The notes under the pieces are model-generated. The model was not told the DNA's origin and did not search any database. It saw nothing but the letters and a program-made list of their open reading frames with translations. A stretch of DNA of 64,000 nt from Mobula birostris. Taxonomy: Eukaryota. The stretch lies in assembly GCF_030028105.1 (NCBI RefSeq), contig NC_092397.1, positions 36,733,097-36,797,096 of the forward strand. The letters run 5' to 3'. A program made the position numbers and the translations under genes. This document shows, in pieces, positions 35,958 to 48,259 of the stretch. Position 1 is the first letter of the stretch. Each line of letters begins with the position of its first letter.

Positions 35958-37502
35958 CAGTGCCTATAAAAAATGTTCAGTCTCCTTAGAAGTTATTATG
36001 TTTTATTCTTTTGCAATGGATTTAATTTGGCTTTTTTGACACTGATCAACAGAAAAGACTCCACGGTGTCAAAGTGAAAACAAATCTAAATTAATTGTAA
36101 ATATGAAACAAAATAATTCATTGCCTTAGTATTTACCTCCTTCAAATCCGTAATTAGTTGATGCACCTTTGGCAGTATTTACAGTTGAGTCTGTGTCAAT
36201 AGGTGTCTATCAGCTTTGCACATCTGAACACTGCAATTTTTCCACATTCTTCTTTACAAAACTGCTGAAGCTCTGTCAGAATACATGGGTTGGTGAGTGA
36301 ACACTTCTTTTCAAGTCCAGCCACAAATTCTCAATTGGATTGAGGTCTGGACTCTCACAAAGCCACTCCGGGACATTAACTTTGTTGTTTTAAGGCATTC
36401 CTTTGCAGCTTTGGTTTTATGCTTGCGGTCATTGTCTTGCTGGAAAATTAATTTTCTCCTAAGTTGCAGTTCATTTGAAGACTGAATTAGGTTTTCCTCC
36501 AGGATTTCCCTGTATTTTGCTGCATTCATTTTACCCTCTACCTTTATGTGCCTTTCAGGGCCTGCTACAGTGAAGCACACCCACAGGATGATGCAGCCTC
36601 CACCATACTTCACGGTAGGGATGGTGTGTTTTTGATGCTGTGCGGTGTTTGGCTTACTCCAAACTTAGTGTTTGTGATGGTCAAAAGGTTCAATTTTGTT
36701 TTCATCAGACCATAGAATCTTCTTCCAACTAACTTCAGAGCTCCCAACAATTCTGGCAAACTCCAGGCAAGATTTCATGAGAGCATTTTTCAACAGTGGC
36801 TTTTTCTCTGCCACTCTCCCGTAAAGCTGCGACTGGTGAAACACCCGGGCAACAGTTGATGTTTGCACAATCTCTCCCACCACTGAAGCTTGTAACTCCT
36901 CTAGAGTTATCATTGGTCTCTTGGTGGCCTCCCCCACTGGCCCCTTCTTGCATGGCCATTCAGTTTTTGAGGATAGTCTGCTCTTGGTAGATTTACAGCT
37001 GTGCCATATTCTTCCCACTTCTGGATGAGTGACTTAACTGTACTCCAAGGGCATTCAGTGACTTGGAAATTTTCTTGACTCCATCTCCTGGCTTGTGTTT
37101 TTCAATTACCTGTTTGCAGAGCAGCTCGGAGTGTTGATTTGTCTTCACGGTGTAGTTTCTCCCAGGATACTGACTCACCAGCAGTTCGACCTTCCACTTA
37201 CAGGTGTACTATTACTACAATCAATTGAAACACCTTGACTGCACACGGTCATCTCCATTTAACTGATCATGCAACATGGAAAACTAATTGGCTGCACCAA
37301 TGATGATTTGGTGTGTCATATTAAAGGGGGTGAATACTTAAACAGACAATTATTTTGTGTTTTAGATTTGTAAATAGTTGAGAGCATTTTGTAGAGATTT
37401 GTTTTCGCTTTGACACAAAAGAGTCTTTTTCCATTGATTGGTTTCAAAAAAAGCCAAATTCAATCCACTGAGATTCAATGCTGTAAATTTTCATAGGAAC
37501 TT
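35958..37502 (-). mobile_element. Near full-length degenerate Tc1 transposon (IR/DR type)
   Basis: TA|CAGTGCCTATAAAA end and a degenerate inverse end near 37490-37504; about 200-bp TIRs; frameshifted transposase with ILWSDE.K, KYGGG and FQQDND. Confidence 0.9.
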
Positions 37503-40033
37503 TATATGTAGGGACAATGATGGTGAAAGGGGGAGGGAAAGACAACATTGGTAGGAGTGGCCTCAAGATCCTGGGGTATGGTCAAAGGCATTCAAGGAAA
37601 TATTAAATCAAAGAACATACAAAGAGGCGCTGGTGGTGCACAAGAGAATCAGAGATTTTCTAGGAACCAGTGAAAAGCTAAAAGTAACAAGGAACACGCA
37701 GAGAAGTTAACTCAGTAATTTGCATTAGTGCTCACAGTGGGACACAGCAAACATCCCATAGATATCTAACAGTGATATTTCAACATTGTGCCATAATGTG
37801 TAACAATTGGCATCACAAGGGAGAAACTAATGGGACTAAAAGCAAACTTTACCAGGTCCCAACAACCTGCACTGGAGGGTTTCACAGGAAGTCTGTAGAG
37901 AAAGTAGAGACATTGAAGTTTGTCAAAACTCACTGTTACAGAAAGGTCCCAGTGGAGTTGAAAACCATTGCTGAAGAAGGGTGGAAGATAAAAAGCAGGT
38001 AACTGTAGTCCTGTTAACTTCACTTCAGGTACTGGAGTTGATAATCTATCAAGAAATAACAAATTATTTGGAAAAGTTCAATGTCTACAGTCAGGTTCAC
38101 ACAGATTCCACGATGACCAAAGTTCCCATCTGAGCTTGTGGTCTGTAACCCCCTCACCACCACATTATGAAGAAGGTTATCCTCTTCCTTGTCCCATGTC
38201 TCTGCATTTGGCCCAGATACTTCAAAACCTTTCCTTTCCATCTATCTGTCCAAGTGCTTTTTTAATGTACCTGACTCAACCATTCCCCCTAGCAGCTCAT
38301 TCCATTTCCAGCCTCCAGGTCCCTCATGATTTTATACACCTCTGCAATATCAGCACTCATTCTCCAACATTACAGGGAAAATTATCCAAAACACCTTTCC
38401 ACAAATCCTTTGAGATCCAGTAACATCCCCATAAATCTCCTTTGTACTCTTTCCAGCTGAATGGTGTCTGTCATACAGCAGGGTCACAGAAACTAAACAC
38501 TATTTGCAAAATGTGGCCAAACCAACGTGTTGGACAACTGCAACATCTTATCCCAGCTTCTATATTCGGGGCCCTGAGTGAAGGCCAGTGTTCCAAAAGC
38601 CTCTTCACCACCTTGTCCATCTGGAACCTGGTCTTGGACCCTGTAACCTGGGTTGTTGAATGTTAAGTCATGTTTGACAAACACACCAGAGATTTGAGAC
38701 TTTACAGGGGAAGTTGGAGAAGTGGTGTTCTTGGATTTTCGGGAGCCATTTGCCAAGGTGCCACATGTAAGGCTGGTGCACAAGACCAGAGCTCAGTACT
38801 GGGAAGGAAGTGTGTTAATACTGACTGAAGACTGGTCATCATACTGAGACAGAATAACAGGTCTGTTTCAGACTGGGATGATATTACTAGTGGAGTGTCC
38901 CAGTGACCAGTTCTGGATTGTCAATGATTTATTATTGATATTAATGACCCGGAGGAGGGGCAGAGAGTGAGGAATCCACGGTGGCAATGACAGGGAATGT
39001 GGTGGGGGACATGTTGTGATTGGACATTTCATCTCTTCAATGGGACCTGGGAAGCTGGCGAGCAGAATACATGGTAAATGGAGTTTAATGTGGTGAAGTG
39101 TGATGGCATGTAGAGCGGTAGGAGGAATCAAAAGTCAAACTATTATTTATGTGGAGATAAATTATAAATGAGAGAAATAGAGAGGGGTCGAGGTGCTGAA
39201 CTACACAACAAAATAGAGACGGGAGCAGTGAGTGGTTCATAAAGCCATATATGACCAAGGTTCAGAGCTGAATGGTCCATTGACATTTACTGCTGGGGTG
39301 TTGGTGCAGAGAAACAGAGAAGTGTTGTTACTGTGACAGACAAGTGCACCATGATGGATTTTGGGAAGTTAAAGCAGGTCAGGACATACCCAGTGAATGG
39401 AAGGTCCTGAGGAGTGTTGATGAAAGAGAAACCTGGGGCACATGTACCTTACTCCCTGAAAGTGCCAACACAGGCAGACAAGGTGGTGAAGAAGGAGCAC
39501 AACATGCTTGTCTTCATCGGCAAAGGCTCTGAGAGGAGTTGGGACATCACATTACAGTTGTACAAATCAATAATGACACCACACCAGGAGTACCCTGTGC
39601 AGTTCTGGTCACATGAGAAGAAGGATGTGATTAAGCTGGAAAGGTACAGAAACGATTCACAGGAATGTTACCTGCTCTGGGGGCTTGAGTTACAAGGAAA
39701 GATCAGACTGACTGGGACTGTTTTCCCTGGAGTGAAGGAGACCGAGGGGAGACCTGACAGAAGATTATAGAACTATCAGAGGTGTAAACAAGGTAAACAG
39801 GCAAGATCATTTTGCCAGGGTAGAAATATCAAATATGAGAAGGCGCAGCTTTAAAATGCCAGGGTGAGAATTTAAAATTGGACGTTAGGACAGGTAAGAT
39901 TTCTGTTTCTGTACAGAGAGTGGTGAGGGCTTCGTATGGGCTGCCATGGGGAGTGGTGGAAGCAGATATGATAATGACATTTAACAGGGTTTTAGATAAC
40001 CAAATGATTATTCAGAGAATTGAAGCACATGAA

Positions 40034-42285
40034 ACAAAGTTAATTCAGAAACAAAGGTTCTGAACTTAAAGAGGGGTAACTTTGAAGGTATGAGACGTGA
40101 ATTAGCTAAGATAGACTGGCAAATGACACTTAAAGGATTGACGGTGGATATGCAACGGCAAGCATTTAAAGGTTGCATGGATGAACTACAACAATTGTTC
40201 ATCCCAGTTTGGCAAAAGAATAAATCAAGGAAGGTAGTGCATCCGTGGCTGACAAGAAAAATTAGGGATAGTATCAATTCCAAAGAAGAAGAATACAAAT
40301 TAGCCAGAGAAAGTGGATCACCTGAGGACTGGGAGAAATTCAGAGTTCAGCAGAGGAGGACAAAGGGCTTAATTAGGAAGGGGAAAAAAGGTTATGAGAG
40401 AAAACTGGCAGGAAACATAAAAACGGACTGTAAAAGCTTTTACAGATATGTAAAAAGGAAAAAACTGGTAAAGACAAATGTTGGTCCCCTGCAGGCAGAA
40501 ACAGGTGAATTGATTATGGGGAGCAAGGACATGGCAGACCAATTGAATAATTACTTTGGTTCTGTCTTCACTAAGGAGGACATAAATAATCTTCCAGAAA
40601 TAGTAGGGGACAGAGGGTCCAGTGAGATGGAGGAACTGAGCGAAATACATGTTAGTAGGGAAGTGGTGTTAGGAAAATTGACGGGATTGACGGCAGATAA
40701 ATCCCCAGGGCCAGATGGTCTGCATCCCAGGGTGCTTAAGGAAGTAGCCCAAGAAATAGTGGATGCATTAGTGATAATTTTTCAAAACTCGTTAGATTCT
40801 GGACTAGTTCCTGAGGATTGGAGGGTGGCTAATGTAACTCCACTTTTTAAAAAAGGAGGGAGAGAGAAACCAGGGAATTATAGACCGGTTAGCCTAACGT
40901 CGGTGGTGGGGAAACTGCTGGAGTCAGTTATCAAGGACGTAATAACAGCACATTTGGAAAGCGGTGAAATGATCGGACAAAGTCAGCATGGATTTGTGAA
41001 AGGAAAATCATGTCTGACGAATCTCATAGAATTTTTTGAGAATGTAACTAGCAGAGTGGATAGGGGAGAACAAGTGGATGTGGTATATTTGGATTTTCAG
41101 AAGGCTTTTGACAAGGTTCCACACAGGAGATTAGTGTGCAAACTTAAAGCACACGGTATTGCGGGTAAGGGATTGGTGTGGGTGGAGAGTTGGTCAGCAG
41201 ACAGGAAGCAAAGAGTGGGAATAAACAGGACCTTTTCAGAATGGCAGGCGGTGACTAGTGGGGTACCGCAAGGCTCAGTGCTGGGACCTGAGTTGTTTAC
41301 AATATATATTAATGACTTGGATGAGGGAATTAAATGCAGCATCTCCAAGTTTGCGGATGACACGAAGCTGGGTGGCAGTGTTAGCTGTGAGGAGGATGCT
41401 AAGAGGATGCAGGGTGACTTGGATAGGTTGGGTGAGTGGGCAAATTCATGGCAGATGCAATTTAATGTGGATAAATGTGAAGTTATCCACTTTGGTGGCA
41501 AAAATAGGAAAACAGATTATTATCTGAATGGTGGCCGATTAGGAAAAGGGGAGGTGCAACGAGACCTGGGTGTCATTATACACCAGTCATTGAAAGTGGG
41601 CATGCAGGTACAGCAGGCGGTGAAGAAGGCGAATGGTATGCTGGCATTTATAGCGAGAGGATTCGAGTACAGGAGCAGGGAGGTACTACTGCAGTTGTAC
41701 AAGGCCTTGGTGAGACCACACCTGGAGTATTGTGTGCAGTTTTGGTCCCCTAATCTGAGGAAAGACATCCTTGCCATAGAGGGAGTACAAAGAAGGTTCA
41801 CCAGATTGATTCCTGGGATGGCAGGACTTTCATATGAAGAAAGACTGGATGAACTGGGCTTGTACTCGTTGGAATTTAGAAGAGTGAGGGGGGATCTGAT
41901 TGAAACGTATAAGATCCCAAAGGGATTGGACAGGCTAGATGCAGGAAGATTGTTCCTGATGTTGGGGAAGTCCAGAACGAGGGGCCACAGTTTGAGGATT
42001 GAGGGGAAGCCTTTTAGGACCGAGATTAGGAAAAACTTCTTCACACAGAGAGTGGTGAATCTGTGGAATTCTCTGCCACAGGAAACAGTTGAGGCCAGTT
42101 CATTGGCTATATTTAAGATGGAGTTAGATATGGCCCTTGTGGCTACGGGGGTCAGGGGGTATGGAGGGAAGGCTGGGGCGGGGTTCTGAGTTGGATGATC
42201 AGCCATGATCATAATAAATGGCAATGCAGGCTCGAAGGGCCGAATGGCCTACTCCTGCACCTATTTTCTATGTATGTTTTCTATG
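40034..42285 (+). mobile_element. Young 5'-truncated CR1 LINE nested in an older CR1 3' end
   Basis: atgaa duplicated at 40029-40033 and 42283-42287; ctatg-type tail. Confidence 0.95.
40090..42189 (+). CDS. CR1 ORF2 reverse transcriptase (open 699 aa, lacks the APE endonuclease)
   Basis: KSPGPDG, NYRPVSLTS, QHGF, LDFQKAFD, GVPQGSVLGP and KFADD motifs in one frame. Confidence 0.9.
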   Translation: MRRELAKIDWQMTLKGLTVDMQRQAFKGCMDELQQLFIPVWQKNKSRKVVHPWLTRKIRDSINSKEEEYKLARESGSPEDWEKFRVQQRRTKGLIRKGKKGYERKLAGNIKTDCKSFYRYVKRKKLVKTNVGPLQAETGELIMGSKDMADQLNNYFGSVFTKEDINNLPEIVGDRGSSEMEELSEIHVSREVVLGKLTGLTADKSPGPDGLHPRVLKEVAQEIVDALVIIFQNSLDSGLVPEDWRVANVTPLFKKGGREKPGNYRPVSLTSVVGKLLESVIKDVITAHLESGEMIGQSQHGFVKGKSCLTNLIEFFENVTSRVDRGEQVDVVYLDFQKAFDKVPHRRLVCKLKAHGIAGKGLVWVESWSADRKQRVGINRTFSEWQAVTSGVPQGSVLGPELFTIYINDLDEGIKCSISKFADDTKLGGSVSCEEDAKRMQGDLDRLGEWANSWQMQFNVDKCEVIHFGGKNRKTDYYLNGGRLGKGEVQRDLGVIIHQSLKVGMQVQQAVKKANGMLAFIARGFEYRSREVLLQLYKALVRPHLEYCVQFWSPNLRKDILAIEGVQRRFTRLIPGMAGLSYEERLDELGLYSLEFRRVRGDLIETYKIPKGLDRLDAGRLFLMLGKSRTRGHSLRIEGKPFRTEIRKNFFTQRVVNLWNSLPQETVEASSLAIFKMELDMALVATGVRGYGGKAGAGF

Positions 42286-42879
42286 AATTATAAGCGGGCT
42301 GAAGAGACTTAGTTTCATTTGGCATCGTGTTCAGCACAGACATCATGGGTAGAAGGGTCTGTTCCTGTGCTGTACTGTTCTGTGTTCTCGGTGAGCCTCA
42401 GTGACAGGGGAGTCTTTAGCCGGGGTCTCAGACAAGTGTATCTGCCGTAAGGAGACAGACTGCAGGATGGTGCATTACCTCCCTGGTACCAGGGCCAAGG
42501 ATGGAACTGAACAAGTACAGGCCATTCTGAAAGGGCAGGGTGAGCAGCCAGAGGTCGTGGTCCATATTGACACTAACAAAAGAGACAAAGTCCTGCAAGG
42601 AGAGCTCAGGGATTTGGGGAAAAAGTGAAGTGGAAACTCTGTGGTCGGGGTGGGGGGGGGGGCGGCGGTGGTGGAAATCCCAGTGCCACCTGCTAGCGAG
42701 GGAAGGAATAAAAGTGTGGTACAGTTATATGTGTGGCTCACGAGCTGGTGCAGGACGGAGGGTTTTAGTTACATGGATCATTGGGCTCTCCTTCAGGACA
42801 GGTGATGGGAAGAGTAAGAGGTCAGTAACTGGCATTGACGGATGTGGATTAACACAGGAAGTAAGTCCAAGTGGATAAA

Positions 42880-43290
42880 TTACAGTGTCTCAGCAGCATT
42901 ACAAGTGCACAGATATACAAATATCAGAAGAGAAGCAAGAGAAAGAATAAAAAGTAGGTTATCTCCAACAGTCTAACATGGGGGGGGGGGGGGGGTCATC
43001 ACTTCCCCGGCTATAGGTTGACTCATTATTGACCCTGATGGCCCAGTGTAAGAATGACTTCATACAGCGCTCCTTGGAGCAGCAGAGTTGTCTTATTCTG
43101 TTACAGAAGGTGCTCCTCTGTTCAGCCAAGGTGGCATGCAGAGGGTGAGAAACATTGTCCAGAATTGCCAGGATTTTCCGTAGGGTCCTTTGTTTTACCA
43201 CGGCCCCCAGTGTGTCCAGTTTCTCTCCTATAACAGAACCAGCCTTTCCAATCAGTTTGAGTCGGATAGCATCACCCGTGTTGGTGCCAT
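42880..43290 (-). mobile_element. Rex1/Babar-type LINE 3' fragment
   Basis: ILDNVSHPLH...RSTF motif shared with ORF 63289-63876. Confidence 0.7.
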
Positions 43291-44349
43291 TGGCTCAGTA
43301 CACCACTGTGAAGTTAGGCCAAGTTACTGAGCACAGTGGCACTGAGGGCCTGAAGTGTGTTTATATCAGTGCAGTGTAGAACGGTTACGGCAGACGTACT
43401 TAGAGCCTGGATTAGTATATGGCACGGTGATCCAGCCATTACAGAGATCTGGCTGAGAGAAGGGCAGCACTGACAGATAAACATTCCAGGATTCAGATGA
43501 TTCAGACAGTCCAGAGGGTGGTGAATGAGGTTCGGGCTCTGTACTGCTGATCAGGCAGAATGTCACAAGGTCAAGGTCATCCCAGAGGCTCATCCAGTAA
43601 GACAATGTGGGTAGAAATCAGGAATAAGAAAGGTGCAATCACCATGATGGGATTATACTGCAGACCTCCCAATAGCCAGTAAGAGACAGAAACAGATATG
43701 TTAGCAGGTTATGGGATGATGCAAAAACTACAGAGTAGATTTGGTGAGTGAATATCTCCTCAGAGTAACTGGGACTCCGTTACACCCTGAGGCTTGGATG
43801 GGGCATTATTTGTGTTCAGGAAGGTTTCCTGAAACAATATGTCGTCCACCAGGGAGGGGGACATTCTTGACTTCACCTTGGGAAATATGGGACTCAGCAG
43901 AGTGGTGGAAGGAACAACCAGTGTTCAAAGAGGAATTAGACAGGTCCTTCAGGGGAAATGACCTGCAGAGCTGTGGGAACAGAGTGGGGACTGTGGAAAT
44001 GTTGTAGCAGGAGGTGGTATAAATTTGATGGGTCAAATAGTCTCGATGATCACAGAATGATTCTCTACCCAATAATAGTCTGAAAAAAACATTCTGGTCT
44101 CCAGTGAATCTTCCAAGCTCCAGGGTGGACAAGATCAATTGTGTAATAAGGACACACTTCTGTCGAAACACTGACACTATATACCAAGCACACTGAGCTG
44201 CCAGAGCACAGCACCGGCCAGTGAGGACACAGACCAGGACAACACCCGGCTCTCTACGACAAAGTTCAAAGCTGAAAATAAATGTATTATCAAAATACAT
44301 TTGTCACCATATACAACCCTGAGATTAGTTTTCTTGTGGGCATACTGCT

Positions 44350-46280
44350 GGTTTGTTAGAGCGGTTGGGGAGGATTTAAACTAATTTGGGAGGGGTGTGG
44401 GAACAGGTGTGAAAAGACTCAAGGTAGGACAGATGGTAAAGAAAGCAAAGATTGCATGCAGTCACACTGTCAGGAAGGGCAGGCAGGTGATAAGACATAA
44501 CTGCAGCCAGCAGGGTTAGTATCAGTGCATGAGGGATGCAGAATTACTAAGGGTAGCAAATACAGTACTCAAACTGTTATATCTCAATACACGGAGTATA
44601 AGAAATAAGGTGGATAATCTTATTGCCCTATTACGGATTGTCGTGACCATCACTGAATCACGGCTGAAGAATGTTTGTAGTTGGGAGCTAAGTGCCCAAG
44701 GTTACACGTATCAGAGAGACAGGAAGGTGGGCAATGGGGATGGAATGGCTCTGCTGATAAAGAATGGTAACAAATCAGTAGAAAGATGTGACATAAGATT
44801 GGAAGATGTTGAATCCTTGTGAATTGAGTTAAAAAACTGCAAGGGTAAAAGACGCTGATGGTAGCTATATACAGGCCTCCCAAGAGTTGCTGGGATGTGG
44901 GCCACAAATTACAATAGTAAATAGAAAAGTCATGTCAAAAAGGGAATGTTATTCGAGATTTCATGGGATTCAGGGGAGATTTTAACATGCAGGTCAATTG
45001 GGAAAATCAGGTTGGAAATAGATCTCAAGAGAGTGAGTTTGGTGAATGCTGAACAGATGGCTTTTTGGAGCAGTTTGTCATTGAGCTACTAGGGGAACAG
45101 CTATACTGGATTAGACAAGGCAGCAGAAAGGGAATTATAGACCAGTTAGACTGACCTCAGTGGTTGGGAAGATACCGGAGTGAATTGTTAAGGAGTATTG
45201 GAAACACAGGACAAGAAAGGACAAAGTCAGCACGGTTTCCTTAAGGGAAAGTCTTGCCTGATGAACCTGTTGGAATACTTTCTGAGCAGATTACACACAG
45301 GATGGATAAAGGGGATGCACTGATGTCATATATTTGGACTTTCAAAAGGCTTTCTTTGACAGGGTGCCACAAATGATCCTGGCAATAAAAGGATTAATGC
45401 ACGAGGGTGACCACTAGAAGTGGGAATGGTGCTGGAGATGGACAGACCCAGAGTTTCCAGGATGCTGAGACCAGAGATTCAGTGGGTTGGTCAGTTTGGT
45501 GACTACCACGACTGGAAAGGGGAAGAGACAGACAGTGCAATGTCTCCCTGTGGCTGTGACCCTCAGCAACAAGTACACTCCTTTGGATACCCCTGGGAGG
45601 ATGACGAACCAGAGAACAGCAGCCCGTCATGTCAGTGATACTGACACCCCGGTCCGATGCTCCGCGGGAGGAAAGGTCAATCACAGCAGTGATGACAACA
45701 GACTCACAGTACAGGGGATGTGCAGGAGATTCTGTGGCAGCAAGAGAGATGCCACGGTGGGGTGTCCCCTCCTGGGTGCTGGGGTCAGGCACGTCTCCGA
45801 TGTGCAGGATTTCCTAATGGTAAACTTGCCAGTTGATTTGGTGGTAAGGAAACCAAATGCAACGTCAGCATTCATTTCAAGAAGACTACAACACAAAAGC
45901 AAGGATGTAACGCTCAGACTTTATAAGGCAGTGGTCCGATCACATTTGGAGTATTGTGAACTGTTCTGGGCCCCTTATCTAAAAAGGTACGTGTTCACAT
46001 TGGAGGGGGTCCAGAGGAGGTTCACAAGAATGATCCTGACAATAAAAGGGTTAATGCACGAGGATTATTTGCTGGCTCTCGGCCTGTACTCGCTAGACTT
46101 TAGAAGAATGAGGAAATCTCATTGAAACCTATCAAAAATAGAAAGACCTACAATGGAGTGGGGAGGATGTTTCTGATAGCGGGGCAGTCTGGGATCACAG
46201 GGCACAGCCTCAGAATACTAGGACATCCTGTTAGAACAAAGATCAGGAATAATTTCCATACCAAGGGGTAGTGCATCTGC
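44350..46280 (+). mobile_element. Mosaic of old CR1 ORF1, endonuclease and RT fragments
   Basis: LYLNTRSIRNK...ITES (44529), V.LSNKY.PL (45487), HLEYCE.FW motifs. Confidence 0.7.
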
Positions 46281-47800
46281 ACAGCCTGTGTCAGGATGTT
46301 GTTCATTGACTATAGCTCAGTGTTTAATATCATCAATCCCACAGTCCTGATTAATAAGCTGCAGAACCTGGTCTCTCTGCAACTCGATCCTCGACTTCCT
46401 AACCGGGAGACCACAATCTGTGTGGATTAATGGAGACGGGCTAACCCCTGTTGACATCAATGGATCTGGGGTTGAGACGGTAAACAGCTTTAAGTTCCTG
46501 AGCATCAGCATACCCGAGGATCTCACGCAGTCTGCACACACGAGCTGAGCGGTGAAAAAGGCACAACAGCATCACTTTCACCTCAGACGGGTGAGGAAGT
46601 TTGCTATGAGCCCCCAAATCCTAAGAACTTTCTACAGGGGCAAAATTGTGAACATCCTGAATGGCTGCATCACTGCCTGGTATGGAAACTGCATCTCCGT
46701 TAATCGCAGGACTCTACAGAGAGTGGTGCAGACAGCCCAGCGCATCTGTAGTTGTGAACTTCCCATGACTGAGGACACTTACAACAGAAGGTGTGAGAAA
46801 AGGGCCTGAAGGATCACTGGGGACCTGAATCACCCCAACCACGATCTATTCCAGCTGCAACCATCCGGGAAACAGTACCACAACATAAAAGCCAGGACAC
46901 ACAGGCTCCGGGACAGCTTCTTCCACCAGGCCAGCAGACTGATTAACTCACACTGATTTGAGTGTATTTCTATGTTACATTGGCTGTTCTATTTATTATA
47001 AATTAATATAAATTACTGTGATTGTAAATTGCACATTTAGACAGAGATGTAACAAAGATTTTTACTCCTCATGTACATGAAGGATACAAGAAATAAATTC
47101 AATTCAAATTCAGATTAATATCTCCTCCTTGCTGACGATCAAACTGACACTGGTGCACCTCAGGGATTGTGCTTAGCTGACTGCTCCACTCCCCCTCTAC
47201 CCATGACTATGTGACTAAGCGTAGCTCAAAAGCCATCCATAAATATGCTGGATACAACCATTGCTGGTACAATCTCATATGGAGAGGAGAGGACTTACAG
47301 GAGCAAGATATACCAGCTAGCTGAGTGGTGTCGCAGCAACTACCTTGTGCTTAATGTCAGTGCGACAAAAGAGCTGATTGAAGGAAAGGTAAGATGACAG
47401 AACACAAACCAATCCTCAGAGAGGGATCAGAAGTGGAGAGAGTGAATAATTTCAAGTTCCTGGATATCAATATCTCTGAGCACCTAAACTGGTCCCAACA
47501 TATCAATGCAGCTACAGTATAAAGAAGGCAAGACAGCGGATATGTTTCATCAGGAGTTTGAAGATATTTGATTTCTCAATTTAAAAGAGACAAAACTGCT
47601 ATAGATGTATTCTATATATGTTATTTCTGTTTTTGCACAGTTTTCAATCTACATAATAAACATATCCATACACACACACACACTGTAATTTATTTATTCT
47701 TTCTATATTATCATGTACTGCATTGAACTGCTGTTGCTACATTAACAAATTTCATGACACACGCCGGTGGTAATAAACCTGATTCTGGTTCTGACTCTGA
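46280..47800 (+). mobile_element. Two Rex1/Babar-type LINE fragments
   Basis: DYSS.FN, KKAQQ..FHLRR, GCITAWYGN motifs; aattc and tctga tails. Confidence 0.7.
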
Positions 47801-48259
47801 ATTCATCCCCACAGACGGCTGTGGCCAATTCATTGGGTATATTTAATGTGGATGTTCTTGATTGTGGGAGGAATGGGAGGGGGGTTTGAGAGGGATAAGG
47901 ATCAGTGATGGTCTCCTGAATGACCTGCCAGAGGAGGTGGTGGAGACAGAAACACACAAAGTCTCTGTTCATGAACACTTCTCAGGAACCTGTCATTCAC
48001 TGTGTACATCCTGTCCTGGTTAAACTTCCCAGTGCTGGGTCCATTGTTGTTTTCCGTCTGTATTAATGATCTGGATGAGAATGTGGTAAACTGGATCAGC
48101 AAGTTTGCAGACAACACCAAGATTAGGGGTGCAGTGGACAGCAAGGAAGGCTAGCAAATATTGATATGGGACATTGTCCAGCTGTTAAAATGGCAGATGG
48201 AATTTAATATAGACAATTATGAGGTGTGTGCAACAGAAGTTTAACGAGAGAAATGTGTG

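Noticed and set aside
41097-42224. Recurrent antisense ORFs (also 11047-11703 and 19495-19899)
   Set aside because: Reverse-frame shadows of CR1 ORF2, repeated only because the element is repeated
42980-42996. Long poly-G run (also near 42652 and 48847)
   Set aside because: Slippage tracts inside LINE remnants; no evidence of function
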